A stretch of DNA of 64,000 nucleotides from an uncultured virus (IMG/VR IMGVR_UViG_3300032093_000023) (IMGVR_UViG_3300032093_000023); one strand, 5' to 3'; numbered from the stretch's first letter, positions 46,392 to 56,799 are shown. Notes: generated from the letters alone by a model not told the origin. Numbers and translations are program-made.

Positions 46392-48398
46392 ACAGAGGAT
46401 AGAACAGGGTTTATCAGGTGAATATACAGGATTAGCTAATGGATTTGACAGAATTAATAAGTATATTTATAATATACAAAGAGGTTGCTACACTTTAATC
46501 GGTGGTTTAAGTGGATCTAGTAAGACGACACTTTGTGATTTTATATTACTAAATGGTTTACAAGATGCTCAGGCAAAAGGTATCCCATTTAATGTAACTT
46601 ATTACTCTTGGGAGATTGATGAAGTAAGTAAAAAAGCCAATTGGTTATCTGTACTAATCTATAATAAGTATGACAGAGTTATCTCTCCTCAGACTATTAA
46701 GGGATTAGGTGATTCTAGGTTAACTGAAGAAGAACAAGAAATAGTTTATGATACATTACCTGAATTAGAAGAACTATTTTCAAAGATTACTTGGCATTGG
46801 ACACCGGTTAATCCTACTGGATTGTACTCTGAGTGGTGGAAAACAATGTCAGATAAAGGTAAGTTTACAACTATACCTTATATTGATGATGATGGTAATC
46901 CTAAAGACAGAATAACAGGTTGGACAGCTTATAATAAAGAAGAATATAATATTGTAGTATTAGATCACTTAGCTTTAGGTAAGATAGAAAGAGGGTTTAC
47001 ACTTAAACAGAATATTGATAAAATATCTGAATACATTGTAGGATGTAGAAATATGTTTAATATGACATTCTATATTGTGGCCCAATTTAATCAAGGGTTT
47101 CATAAAAAAATCACAAATTAATTTGTGTATGTTAAAGTTATTTCGTATATTTAAATATGACAGGAATATACAAAATAACAAATTTAGTAACAAACAAAGT
47201 TTATATTGGTAGTGCAATAAATATAGATAGTAGAATTAAAGCACATATTAGTAAATTAAAAGGTAACTTACACATTAACAAACACTTACAATCTTCATAT
47301 AATAAGTATGGAGAGAATAATTTCAAGTTTGAATTAATAAGAGAAGTTTCTAATAATATACTGAGAAGAGCTGAACAATTTTATATTAATAAATACCAAT
47401 CAATAAATCCAAAATACGGATATAATAAGGCCACTGTTGTCTCAAATACTTGGGACGATATAGAAAAACCTATTATATTAAAAGATAAAATCTATTTTGG
47501 ATGTTATAATAAACAAGGTAAGTTAGTAAAAGTTTTTAAAACAATAGACGAGGTAAAAACTTTTTTAAATGTTAAAAAGTGTACAAGGGTTTATGAGTCT
47601 TGTAATAGTAATTTAACAAAAACAGCATATAATTATTATTGGATAAGATTAGATATGGCAATATTTAAATTTCAAAATAAATTAAATGTTTTTAAAAGAA
47701 AAGGTAGGCATCGTGAATTATTGCAATATGATTTAGAAGGTAACTTTATTAAAAAATGGGATTGTGCAACTGATGTTGCGGTTTTTTTTAATGTACACCC
47801 AAGTAATATTACAAAATGTTTAAAAACAAATAACATATACAGAAATAATAAGTGGTTTTACTCGGCCCCCTAGTATGGTAACATACTTTGAATAACCCAG
47901 AATATCGGTGGACATCCTGAAGAGGACAATACCGAGAGATAGATTAATTGTGAAATTAATAAGCTCGTAACGACTACCAATGGGTATCCTATAGTCTATA
48001 GGATAATGGTATAGTCTGCTCTGCAAGTATAACAAAATAAGTTGCAGTTAACATAACATGTGAGTAGTGTTGAACGATTAAAGTTTAAAGGTGCAGATAT
48101 TTCTCCACAACAAACTGATTTCAAAGACTCAACTTCTCCTTACCAAGATGCTGATATAGTAATGGGTTTAATGAATGCCTATAAAATGGATTTAGAAACC
48201 AACTTAAATTACAATATTAAAGTAGATGGATTTCCTTATAATTTAAAAGGTAAATACAGACTTCTTAAGGTAATTAAAAATAGATTAGGTCAAGACAATA
48301 TATCTATTGGTTTATATACCAAACCTGAAGCTGGTTACTTTGAAGAATTACCTAAAGAAATGACATCAGAAGATTACACAAGATACTTAAACAAATAA
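46378..48398 (+). CDS. dnaB: DnaB-like replicative helicase, spliced join(46378..47098,48061..48398), 352 aa
   Basis: GLSGSSKTT, VVLDH, AQFNQ in exon 1; QDADIV, IKNRLG in exon 2; splicing restores QFNQG-L-SSVER in frame. Confidence 0.88.
47122..47153 (+). promoter_or_regulatory. Intron-internal promoter for the homing endonuclease
   Basis: TTTG-N20-TATATTTA, 3 nt before the ATG at 47157. Confidence 0.65.
47157..47873 (+). CDS. Intron-encoded GIY-YIG homing endonuclease
   Basis: GIYKITN...VYIGSA...R...H...N..LQ; two NUMOD1-like C-terminal repeats. Confidence 0.92.
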   Translation: MTGIYKITNLVTNKVYIGSAINIDSRIKAHISKLKGNLHINKHLQSSYNKYGENNFKFELIREVSNNILRRAEQFYINKYQSINPKYGYNKATVVSNTWDDIEKPIILKDKIYFGCYNKQGKLVKVFKTIDEVKTFLNVKKCTRVYESCNSNLTKTAYNYYWIRLDMAIFKFQNKLNVFKRKGRHRELLQYDLEGNFIKKWDCATDVAVFFNVHPSNITKCLKTNNIYRNNKWFYSAP

Positions 48399-48399
48399 C

Positions 48400-49953
48400 A
48401 TGGGAAGAATAGTATTAGTTATTGGAGAACCTGGTTCCGGGAAGTCAAGAGGTATATTAAATTTAGATGAGAATACAACTCTATTAATTAAACCTAATAG
48501 AAAAGAACTACCTTTTAGAGGTGGTGCTGTGAAATACAGTGTAGATAAAGGCAATGTAGTTAATTGTAGTACTTTTCCTGAGCTTAAAGTTATTTTAACT
48601 AAAGCTAATGCAGGTACTAAGTTTAAAACTATTGTCATAGAAGATTTTACTCACTTTTTAACTAGTAGAGTTATGGCAGACTCTAAGATTAATGGGTTCT
48701 ACTAAAATTGAAGCTCAGGATAAACCTATTTAACTGACTGGAAACTCCTTAGAGTCTTACACACTCCCTACAACAGTAATGATTGTAGTATAGTAAAAGA
48801 GGTAAGAATTGGACAATCAGCAGCCAAGCATCTTTATGAGATGAAGGTTCAACGACTATCGAAACACATATTTGTGAAAATATGAATGGAGTAGAGTAGA
48901 TAAATTTTAGTCGAAAATTTGTCGAAAAGGTAGGTTATTATCGTATCTTTGTAATAAAATAAATAATATGAGAAGAATTAATGGTAAATTAACAAAAGAA
49001 TATAGAGCTTGGAAAAATATGAAAGCTAGATGTTATTCTACATGTAATAAAAATCACGGTAAATATTATGAAAATAATATTCAAGTTTGTGATAGGTGGA
49101 AGAATTCTTTTGAAGACTTTTTACAAGATATGGGAAAAGCTCCTGAAAATCATTCTTTAGACAGAATTGATAATTTAGGAAACTATGAACCAGGTAATTG
49201 TAAGTGGTCTACAAATAAACAACAATGTATGAATAGGGGAGAGTTTAATTTACTTTATACATATAATGGAGAAACAAAAATACTTTCTGAATGGGCTGAA
49301 TTATATAATTTAGATTATAATAATTTACATAAAAGAATATTTAGAAGTAATATGAGTTTTGAAGAAGCTATTGTTTATAACAATTTAAAATTAATTTTTT
49401 ATAAAGGAGAATTTAAAACTGCTCAAGAATGGAGTAAATTATTAAATATACCTTTAAGTATTATTTACGATAGAAAATCAAGAGGTTGGACATCTGAAAG
49501 AATGTTTGAACAACCTATTGGTGCAAAGAAAAAGATAATAAAAGATATAGTCTGACGTATAGTGAAAGTTATACGATATTTGTTCAAAAGTGGTCAGATT
49601 TAGCTCTTGATGTATTTCAAGGGTTGATTAAAATAGAAGAACAATTGCGTGATGATTTAAATGTTATAGTGATTGGACATACAGAAAGAAATACTGATGT
49701 GAATGGTAATAGTGTTATTACTTTACAAACAGTAGGGAAGTTATTAGATAATCAAATCAAAATACCTTCATACTTTACTTATGTCCTTCACACTGATGTG
49801 AAAGAAGTGAATGGAAAAATGGAATATTCATTATTAACTAATAGTGATGGTCTTAGATTAGCTAAATCACCTGAGGGTTGTTTAGATAAATTTGAACCAA
49901 ATGATTATAAGTTAATCTTGGATAAAATAGCAAAATATCAGTTAGGAGAGTAA
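48400..49953 (+). CDS. AAA_24/Sak4-like ATPase, spliced join(48400..48697,49583..49953), 222 aa
   Basis: GEPGSGKS, IVIEDF in exon 1; VIVIGH, GKLLD, AKSPEG in exon 2; splicing restores KINGFQKWSDLA. Confidence 0.85.
48918..48951 (+). promoter_or_regulatory. Intron-internal promoter for the HNH endonuclease
   Basis: TTTG-N22-TATCTTTG (spacing slightly long). Confidence 0.55.
48968..49555 (+). CDS. Intron-encoded HNH homing endonuclease
   Basis: YRAWKNMKARC...VCDRW..SFEDFLQDMG...SLDRIDNLGNYEPGNCKW; two C-terminal HTH-like repeats. Confidence 0.9.
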   Translation: MRRINGKLTKEYRAWKNMKARCYSTCNKNHGKYYENNIQVCDRWKNSFEDFLQDMGKAPENHSLDRIDNLGNYEPGNCKWSTNKQQCMNRGEFNLLYTYNGETKILSEWAELYNLDYNNLHKRIFRSNMSFEEAIVYNNLKLIFYKGEFKTAQEWSKLLNIPLSIIYDRKSRGWTSERMFEQPIGAKKKIIKDIV

Positions 49954-49998
49954 TTCCCTCCTATAAATTAAATCATTAACAATTAAAATAAATAAATT

Positions 49999-50583
49999 AT
50001 GTTCAATTTTGAAAACGCAGAAGTATCTAAAGGTAATTACAAAGAAACTATTAAACCAGGAATTAGTATTGTTAAAGTAACAGCTATTACTAATGGTGTA
50101 AGTACTCAAAAACAAACTCCTTATTTAGAGTTTACAGTTGAAGATTCTCATGGAGCAGAATTAAAACAACAGTATTACTTGAGTACAGTAGTTAATCCAG
50201 GTAAACAAAAATCTGCTTGGGATATTTCTAAGAATGCAATATTAGCTTTAGTTGCTGCATCTAACTCTTTAGATGAAACTACAGCTAAGACTAAGATGCC
50301 TAATGCTAAAACTGCTGAAGAATTAGCTCAAAAACTTGCTATTTTATTAACAGGTAAAGAATTCAGATTAAAAGTAATTGGTGAAGAGAAAGTTTCTCAA
50401 AAAGGAACTAAATATGTAGCTTCATCTTTTAGTAATGGTGTATTCTGTGAATCAAAACAAGTTGCTGAATCAGATTCTAAGTTATTCTTTAGTGCTGAGA
50501 AAAACATTAAGAAGTTAGCTATTGAACCAGCTACAACAGATACTACTTTTAGTAGCCCTGCTGCTGACTCAGTTACATTTTAA
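49999..50583 (+). CDS. Single-stranded DNA-binding protein-like (DUF669-type)
   Basis: Follows the Sak4-like ATPase; KPG...PYLEFT OB-like strands; flexible C-tail ending in F. Confidence 0.6.
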   Translation: MFNFENAEVSKGNYKETIKPGISIVKVTAITNGVSTQKQTPYLEFTVEDSHGAELKQQYYLSTVVNPGKQKSAWDISKNAILALVAASNSLDETTAKTKMPNAKTAEELAQKLAILLTGKEFRLKVIGEEKVSQKGTKYVASSFSNGVFCESKQVAESDSKLFFSAEKNIKKLAIEPATTDTTFSSPAADSVTF

Positions 50584-50902
50584 TAAATATTAAGTAAGAG
50601 GTGCTTAAAGTGATGGTAACTTGACCTTAACACAAGTTATAGCTGCTGGTTCTTAGGTTTTACAAAAGAACTCATTGGGAATACGTTTGGAAAACCATCC
50701 TCTCCCCAAGTAAATGGTTGAAGGGTTTACGTCTGGTAAGACAGTAATTGGTTACTCAAATAGCAGGAAACCAGCTAAAATCTAGTCTTTACAGTAATCT
50801 CATGTAGAGCAATTAATAATTAAGTAATAATGGGTGCTAAAGAGGATTAGCTTAAATCGAGCAGAGGGTTCAGCCTATTATTACTTTATAAAAAATTAAA
50901 TT

Positions 50903-51154
50903 ATGGAGCACTATATAGATTACAAAGCAACAGTTTGGTTTAGAATTCCTGTTAAAAAAGAAGATTTAGAATTAGTAACTAATAAACTTGTTAATGGTAC
51001 AACACCTGCAGAGTTATATGACGATATAGATTTGGAACTAGGTCAGTGTGAACCTTTATATGATACTGAAGAATTTATATCACCTAATGAAAATGATAGT
51101 CAAAATACTATTGAAATCTTTAGTGATACTCAATTAATTTGGTATAATACATAA
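50903..51154 (+). CDS. Acidic hypothetical protein
   Basis: ORF track. Confidence 0.55.
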   Translation: MEHYIDYKATVWFRIPVKKEDLELVTNKLVNGTTPAELYDDIDLELGQCEPLYDTEEFISPNENDSQNTIEIFSDTQLIWYNT

Positions 51155-51158
51155 TAAT

Positions 51159-52151
51159 ATGTTCAATTTTGATAGTGCAAGTTTACAGATAAATAAAGAT
51201 GAAATACTTAAATACATTACAGAGTTACAAATATTAGAAAGATATTGTAGTAATTATAAATCAATAGACACTAGTTTTAAATCAGAGTTTTACTCAGATA
51301 AAAATGGTAGTTGTAGAATTATAATTAGTGCTTCAGGAATACCTTATTACAAAGATTATGGAAATGGAGATTACTTTCTAGCATTTGATTATGTAAGTAG
51401 AAAGTATGGATCTAGTTATCATGAAACGTGTAATATCATAGCTAATGATTTTGGATTAAAGAGAACTAATTTGAGTGTAACACCTCAATTACTATTAACC
51501 AATGATTCTCCTAAGTTAGTTAAAGTTAAATCTAATATTCAAGTAATTGTTAAACCATTTAGTTTAATAGATTATGAGTATTGGATGCAATATGGTATAT
51601 CTTTACAAACATTGCAATTTTTTAATGTTAAAGCTTGTAGTCATGTTTATCTAAATAAAGGAGATAAACATTATGTATTTGAGTATAAAAATAGTAATCC
51701 TTTATATTCTTATAAATTCTTTAAAAATAATATGGAATATTTTAAAATCTATAATCCTTATTCTATTACTAAAGAAGGTAAGTGGTTAAGTAATGTAGGT
51801 AGTGATTGTTTGCAGGGATACGATCAATTACCAGAAACAGGAGATTTACTTATTATTACAAAAAGTTTAAAAGACGTTTTATGTTTTTATGAAATGGGTA
51901 TATCGGCAGTAGGTTTACAAGCTGAAACTAATAAGATGAGTAAGAAATCATTTGATGAATTATCTAAAAGATTTAAAAGACTAGTTTTATTGCTAGATAA
52001 TGATGACCAAGGATATACTTCAACTTGTGAATTCTTATTAACTTATGATATAGAGTTCTTCTTTATACCTAATGAAAAAGATATTAGTGATTACATTAAA
52101 AAGTATAACTTAGAAAAAGCTAAAAAATTAATTAAAAAGAAGTTATTATGA
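51159..52151 (+). CDS. DNA primase (crAss-type, Toprim domain)
   Basis: YKDYG, KIYNPY, LIITKSLKDV, LLDNDDQG, KDISD. Confidence 0.88.
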   Translation: MFNFDSASLQINKDEILKYITELQILERYCSNYKSIDTSFKSEFYSDKNGSCRIIISASGIPYYKDYGNGDYFLAFDYVSRKYGSSYHETCNIIANDFGLKRTNLSVTPQLLLTNDSPKLVKVKSNIQVIVKPFSLIDYEYWMQYGISLQTLQFFNVKACSHVYLNKGDKHYVFEYKNSNPLYSYKFFKNNMEYFKIYNPYSITKEGKWLSNVGSDCLQGYDQLPETGDLLIITKSLKDVLCFYEMGISAVGLQAETNKMSKKSFDELSKRFKRLVLLLDNDDQGYTSTCEFLLTYDIEFFFIPNEKDISDYIKKYNLEKAKKLIKKKLL

Positions 52152-52242
52152 TACCTGATGATGAAGATATTTTCCTACAAACTTTAAAATATGTGGGATA
52201 TTCTATTTTAATTACAGCAATAATTGTAATAGGTATTTTAAC

Positions 52243-52560
52243 ATGTATAATAAAATGATTAACTTAAACTTTACACAATTTTGTGATAAGTATTCTCCAA
52301 TAAAGAATACTATTGAGAAAGATACTCCTGTAGATGGATTTCTATTCTTAGATAAAGACCAACTTAGAGATGTTCCTTTAGAAAGAATATGGTCATTAAT
52401 TGATGATTCACTAAATGATGATATGTACATTACTAATGGTGCTAGAGTAATTAATGCTTTAGGCTGGTTAGTAACTAGAGAATCATGGGAATTAGATGAA
52501 TTAACTGAAGTTAGATTAGCAGAATCTGATATTAAAAAAGATGAAGATGGAGAAAATTAA
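52243..52560 (+). CDS. Hypothetical protein
   Basis: ORF track; IWSLID...G...IN..G..VT pattern. Confidence 0.55.
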   Translation: MYNKMINLNFTQFCDKYSPIKNTIEKDTPVDGFLFLDKDQLRDVPLERIWSLIDDSLNDDMYITNGARVINALGWLVTRESWELDELTEVRLAESDIKKDEDGEN

Positions 52561-52987
52561 GGTAAGTTTTGAACCAAGTTCGATATGGAATAACGAAGAT
52601 TTTAGACAATTAATTAAAGGTATAAAAGAGAATGATTATTCTTCTAAAGGATTTGAATTTGAATTATGGATTATCACTACAAATGATAGTTTAATTTATA
52701 TCAATGCAATTGCTAGTCAATTTGATATTCCAACAGATAGAGTTCAAATGGCATTAAATGACTCTACTAAAGTAGGATTAATAGTAGCTAATAGTGATAT
52801 TCATTTTGATGGTGAACAATCTATTATTAGTACTTTAAAACCTAATACTACAATTGATGCTGTAGGTATATTAGTAGATAGAAAGATAGATTATCCAGGT
52901 ATGGGATTAAAGTATATTAAAAACTTTGATACTTGGACTACTGCTATTATGAGAGAAAGAAATGGTGATGAGAAGAAAGTTTGTTAA
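52541..52987 (+). CDS. Hypothetical protein, possibly a degenerate HAD-like fold
   Basis: KVSFE, LWIITT, DIHFD echo HAD motifs but the catalytic Asp is missing. Confidence 0.4.
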   Translation: MKMEKIKVSFEPSSIWNNEDFRQLIKGIKENDYSSKGFEFELWIITTNDSLIYINAIASQFDIPTDRVQMALNDSTKVGLIVANSDIHFDGEQSIISTLKPNTTIDAVGILVDRKIDYPGMGLKYIKNFDTWTTAIMRERNGDEKKVC

Positions 52988-53534
52988 GAAAGCTAAAGCT
53001 ACCCCAAAACCAAAGAAGAAAGCTGTTCCTCATGGTGTACCAACAGTACATGATGGTGTTCAACTAAGATCTGGATTAGAAAAAGCATGTTATCAGGCCT
53101 TACAGAAAGCCAATATAACACACTTTAACTATGAAGATGATGTATTTGAACTACAAAGTAAATTTACAGCTTCAGGAGTCAGTTATCAGCTTTATAAAAG
53201 AATGATGACTTATGATGAAGCTCAAGCTTTAGGAATTAATGCTAGATTTAAAGATAAGAAGAAAGCTAAGTATGTGTATCAATTTGGTGAAGTAACTAAT
53301 AATCTTAGAGCAATAACTATTAAACCTGATTTTAGTTGTTTAGATAAAGATACTAAGACTGGTTGGATCATTGAAACTAAGGGATCCTACACAGAAGAAT
53401 ATCTTCTTAAACTTAGATTGTTTAAATATTGGTGGACTATAAATGGTTGGAATATAGATTACTTTGCTCCTAATAACTTAACTAATGTAAACAAGTGTGT
53501 TAAACTAATTAAAACTAAATATTATGGATTATAG
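52962..53534 (+). CDS. PD-(D/E)XK nuclease (T7 endonuclease I/DUF1064-like)
   Basis: RSGLE ... KPDF ... IIETKG. Confidence 0.8.
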   Translation: MVMRRKFVKKAKATPKPKKKAVPHGVPTVHDGVQLRSGLEKACYQALQKANITHFNYEDDVFELQSKFTASGVSYQLYKRMMTYDEAQALGINARFKDKKKAKYVYQFGEVTNNLRAITIKPDFSCLDKDTKTGWIIETKGSYTEEYLLKLRLFKYWWTINGWNIDYFAPNNLTNVNKCVKLIKTKYYGL

Positions 53535-53988
53535 AGAAAAGTATAAAATGGTTAAGAAATTATTAATTATCAACATGATAGCATTATGTATTGCATTAAT
53601 TTACATAACTACTAAAAATGATGATAAATTAACCTTACCAAAACCTACAAATACAATAGACACTATTAAAATTGAAGGTTTTAGTGAAGCTAAACTAATA
53701 GAATTTATGGATATTTTAGAAATAGAATATCCATCTATTGTATTAGCTCAAGCTAAACATGAAACAGGTAATTACACATCTAATAGATTTATAAAATATA
53801 ATGCTTTGTTTGGATTTCAAACATCTGATACAAGTATTATTAAGTATAAATCTTGGAAAGAATCAGTAATTGCTTATAAATGTTGGCAGATGAAAAGACT
53901 TAAACCTGATGAAAATTACTATGACTTTCTAGTTAGAGTTAAGTATTCTCAAGATTCAAGTTATATTAACAAGTTAAAACAATATTAG
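53524..53988 (+). CDS. Membrane-anchored glucosaminidase (GH73-like) peptidoglycan hydrolase
   Basis: N-terminal TM; IVLAQAKHETG...NALFG...YSQDSSY. Confidence 0.8.
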   Translation: MDYREKYKMVKKLLIINMIALCIALIYITTKNDDKLTLPKPTNTIDTIKIEGFSEAKLIEFMDILEIEYPSIVLAQAKHETGNYTSNRFIKYNALFGFQTSDTSIIKYKSWKESVIAYKCWQMKRLKPDENYYDFLVRVKYSQDSSYINKLKQY

Positions 53989-54137
53989 TATGCCTAAAGT
54001 AGATTATAAAGACCTAGAAGAGGTTACAAAGTTTTTAGATAAATTAGTTAAAGAAAATGTATCTGAAGGTATTAAAACAATATCTAATAACTTATCTAAA
54101 ATGATCAAAGATAAATACACTGAAATAAAACCTGATT

Positions 54138-54887
54138 ATGATAGGACTAATTGATGCAGATCATATACCATACATAGTATGTTATAACAAAGCAGGGGAA
54201 CCTGAGAAAACTCTGGAAGAAGCTATTCATTCTGCAAATAGTTATCTTTCAGGGTTAATCAATGGTACTAAGATAGATGAATTTCATTTGTACTTCACAA
54301 TTGGAACTAATTTTCGTTATCAGATTTATCCTGAATACAAAGCTAATAGAAAGAATAATGAGAAACCACCTTTCTTTAATGAAGTAAGAGATTATCTAAT
54401 TAATGAGTATTGTGGAATTTATAAAGCTAATTTAGAAGCTGATGACGTACTTAATATTTATAAAAATAAGTACATTAAAGAACAAGTAAGTTATATTGTA
54501 ATATCTACTGATAAAGATATTAATAACTTAGTTGGACTAAACTACGATATTAAAAACAATGTTGCAAGACTAGTGGATCAAGAATTTGCTGATCAATATT
54601 TTTGGGGATCTATAATAACCGGAGATACAGCAGATCATATTAAAGGTGTTCCTGGTAAAGGTCCTGCTTTTATTAAAAAGTTATGGGAAAGTACTAAGGA
54701 TATAAATTTATTTAAAAGTAAAGTAATTTGTGAATACATAAACTATTTTGGTGAAGAATTAGGAATTGAAGAATTTTATAAAAACTATAAATGTCTAAAA
54801 ATTAAAGACTCATACGAAGGTATGGAGTTTATTACACCAATTAAAAGTACTGAAGTTTATGCAAAAACGCTTGGAATGGCTGAATAA
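54138..54887 (+). CDS. 5'-3' exonuclease (T7 gp6/PolI-like)
   Basis: LIDAD, NFR...YKANR, LEADD, DKD, GDTADHIKGVPGKG. Confidence 0.92.
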   Translation: MIGLIDADHIPYIVCYNKAGEPEKTLEEAIHSANSYLSGLINGTKIDEFHLYFTIGTNFRYQIYPEYKANRKNNEKPPFFNEVRDYLINEYCGIYKANLEADDVLNIYKNKYIKEQVSYIVISTDKDINNLVGLNYDIKNNVARLVDQEFADQYFWGSIITGDTADHIKGVPGKGPAFIKKLWESTKDINLFKSKVICEYINYFGEELGIEEFYKNYKCLKIKDSYEGMEFITPIKSTEVYAKTLGMAE

Positions 54888-55455
54888 TTTTGGCTATATA
54901 GAAAATAGTTCTGTAAGAAGAACTAGGACGACTTTGTTTTTAATGCCTTTAATAGGTATATCAGAAACAAAAATTATGGAGCATCATCCTAAGATGTTCA
55001 TTAACGCACATATTAAAAATATTATTGATAAAGAAGTTGTTGTAGTATTAAATAAATTAGATTTTACAGAAGAATCTATTACATTTATTTTATTACAAAA
55101 CTTAAATGAAAACTTTATTGAATGTATAGAAGATGATGAAGAGTATTTATTATATTATAAAATACCTCAACATTTCTATGAAGATTTTGACAAGATTATT
55201 GAAGGTAAGTATTCTAAAACATCAGATGGATATAAGAGTGTAATACTTAATATCTATGGTGTTGAAAGAAATACTAAAGACCATAAACCATATATGCATG
55301 ACTGTTTATATCCTGATGATATTAAACGTAAGCTTTATGCAAATTACTTAAATGTAGATGTAAATCTAATAGATGAAGTATCTAGTAGACCACGTTTAAA
55401 AGAATATGAATTATTTAAAACAATTAATCAATTAAATGAAAATTATGAACTCTAG
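54859..55455 (+). CDS. Conserved hypothetical protein
   Basis: GKYSK motif; typical neighbour of the exonuclease in crAss-like phages. Confidence 0.6.
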   Translation: MQKRLEWLNNFGYIENSSVRRTRTTLFLMPLIGISETKIMEHHPKMFINAHIKNIIDKEVVVVLNKLDFTEESITFILLQNLNENFIECIEDDEEYLLYYKIPQHFYEDFDKIIEGKYSKTSDGYKSVILNIYGVERNTKDHKPYMHDCLYPDDIKRKLYANYLNVDVNLIDEVSSRPRLKEYELFKTINQLNENYEL

Positions 55456-55657
55456 TGAAAGAATTGAACAATTAATTAAAGAGAAATCTAAAGATCGAAT
55501 ATTTCCCATATTGAACAAAGTTGACCGCTACTGGACTACTAATTCAGAGTTAACCTTTTGTGAAGTTATAAAAGCTTTAGGGATTGATGGTAATTTAGAT
55601 GATTTAGACTTAACAAAAAGATTAGATGAACATATAGATGACAACAACATTAAATAA
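55436..55657 (+). CDS. Hypothetical protein
   Basis: ORF track. Confidence 0.5.
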   Translation: MKIMNSSERIEQLIKEKSKDRIFPILNKVDRYWTTNSELTFCEVIKALGIDGNLDDLDLTKRLDEHIDDNNIK

Positions 55658-56456
55658 ATATACAATAGATGATTTTATTAAATTAAAACCAATTATATAT
55701 GAATATTGTGTAAATTTAACTCAAAAGAAAACTTCAACCTCTTGGTTTAGAGATTTTGCTGATGCAAATGATTTATATCAAGAGGTTTTTCTTTATGTAC
55801 ATGATAACTATTTCAATAAACCTAAAGAAGAGATGGTAGAAGGTAAATTTATTCAGTTAATGAAGAATTGTACTTACTGGACATATCATAGAAGATTTAC
55901 AACTAAAGGGCACAAACTATATCAAAGTTTAAATCGTATAGATGATTCACCTAAAGATTTATTTTTATTTGAACAATCTAGGTATGAATATGGTACAGGT
56001 TATATTAACTTTATAGAAACTATAGACTTTAAGTATTATACTAAAACATTAAATTCTATTGAGATTAAAGCCTTACTAATGTATTTAGAAGGGTATCCTA
56101 TTAAAGAAATAGATCTTAAGTGTAATAAACGTAGAGGTTTTTTTGAGTATCTTGTTAGAAGAAAACTTTATAAGATTATTCAAAAAGATAAAATTAAACC
56201 TTCTAAGCCTATTAGTGGTAAAGTAGAGAAAAAAGTAACTTTAGAAGAGGATAATATAGCATTTTTAAGGTCTAAAATACCTTCATACGATAATGTTTTT
56301 AATTTTAAAAGGTCTAATGATAAATTTATTAAAATGTATTCACTATATTTACAAAGTGTTAGTTTAAAAGATATATCTGAAGAATTTAAAATACCAACTC
56401 AACAAATTAGTGTTGAGTTATATAGAATTAAACAAAAGATTAAAAAGTATGAGTAA
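55638..56456 (+). CDS. ECF-sigma-factor-like protein with two region-4-like HTH units
   Basis: DANDLYQEVFL (region 2), YLEGYPIKEI and YLQSVSLKDISEEFKIPTQQISVELYRIKQKI. Confidence 0.65.
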   Translation: MTTTLNKYTIDDFIKLKPIIYEYCVNLTQKKTSTSWFRDFADANDLYQEVFLYVHDNYFNKPKEEMVEGKFIQLMKNCTYWTYHRRFTTKGHKLYQSLNRIDDSPKDLFLFEQSRYEYGTGYINFIETIDFKYYTKTLNSIEIKALLMYLEGYPIKEIDLKCNKRRGFFEYLVRRKLYKIIQKDKIKPSKPISGKVEKKVTLEEDNIAFLRSKIPSYDNVFNFKRSNDKFIKMYSLYLQSVSLKDISEEFKIPTQQISVELYRIKQKIKKYE

Positions 56457-56799
56457 AGAACTAATTCCTTTAGAGGAGAAAGTAGAGTATGTTAAACAAA
56501 CTAATAAACCAACTAAACAATCTGAAGGTAAATTATTTTATGAAATAGATTGGGAGTTTATTGAAGGTATGGCCACTAGAATGGCTTTAAATAAACAAAA
56601 CGGTAAGTATGATAGATTTGGATGGAGAGATAATGGTGTAGATATTAGTGAAATGAATCAAGCTCTAGTAAGGCATTTAATTGCTATACTAAAAGGTGAA
56701 TTGCAAGATGATGAGCAACAATATTCACATTATTATGCTTTAGCATGTAACAGCATGTTAATAGTAAACTCTTTAAAATCTAAGAATGAAGTTAAATAA
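56410..56799 (+). CDS. dATP/dGTP diphosphohydrolase-like (DUF5664) protein
   Basis: KY.RFGW...ALVRHL...HYYALACN. Confidence 0.7.
   Translation: MLSYIELNKRLKSMSKELIPLEEKVEYVKQTNKPTKQSEGKLFYEIDWEFIEGMATRMALNKQNGKYDRFGWRDNGVDISEMNQALVRHLIAILKGELQDDEQQYSHYYALACNSMLIVNSLKSKNEVK

Larger units (their letters stand above)
47099..48060 (+). mobile_element. Group I intron (IA-like) in dnaB
   Basis: 5' exon ends in U (gggt), intron ends in G; IGS ggccc at 47864; P7 elements aacgacta (47969) and tatagtct (48010). Confidence 0.88.
48698..49582 (+). mobile_element. Group I intron (IA-like) in the AAA ATPase gene
   Basis: P1 tgggt|t pairing with agctca (U.G at the splice site); caatcagcagccaag; aacgacta (48851); atatagtct (49545); terminal G. 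Confidence 0.9.
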
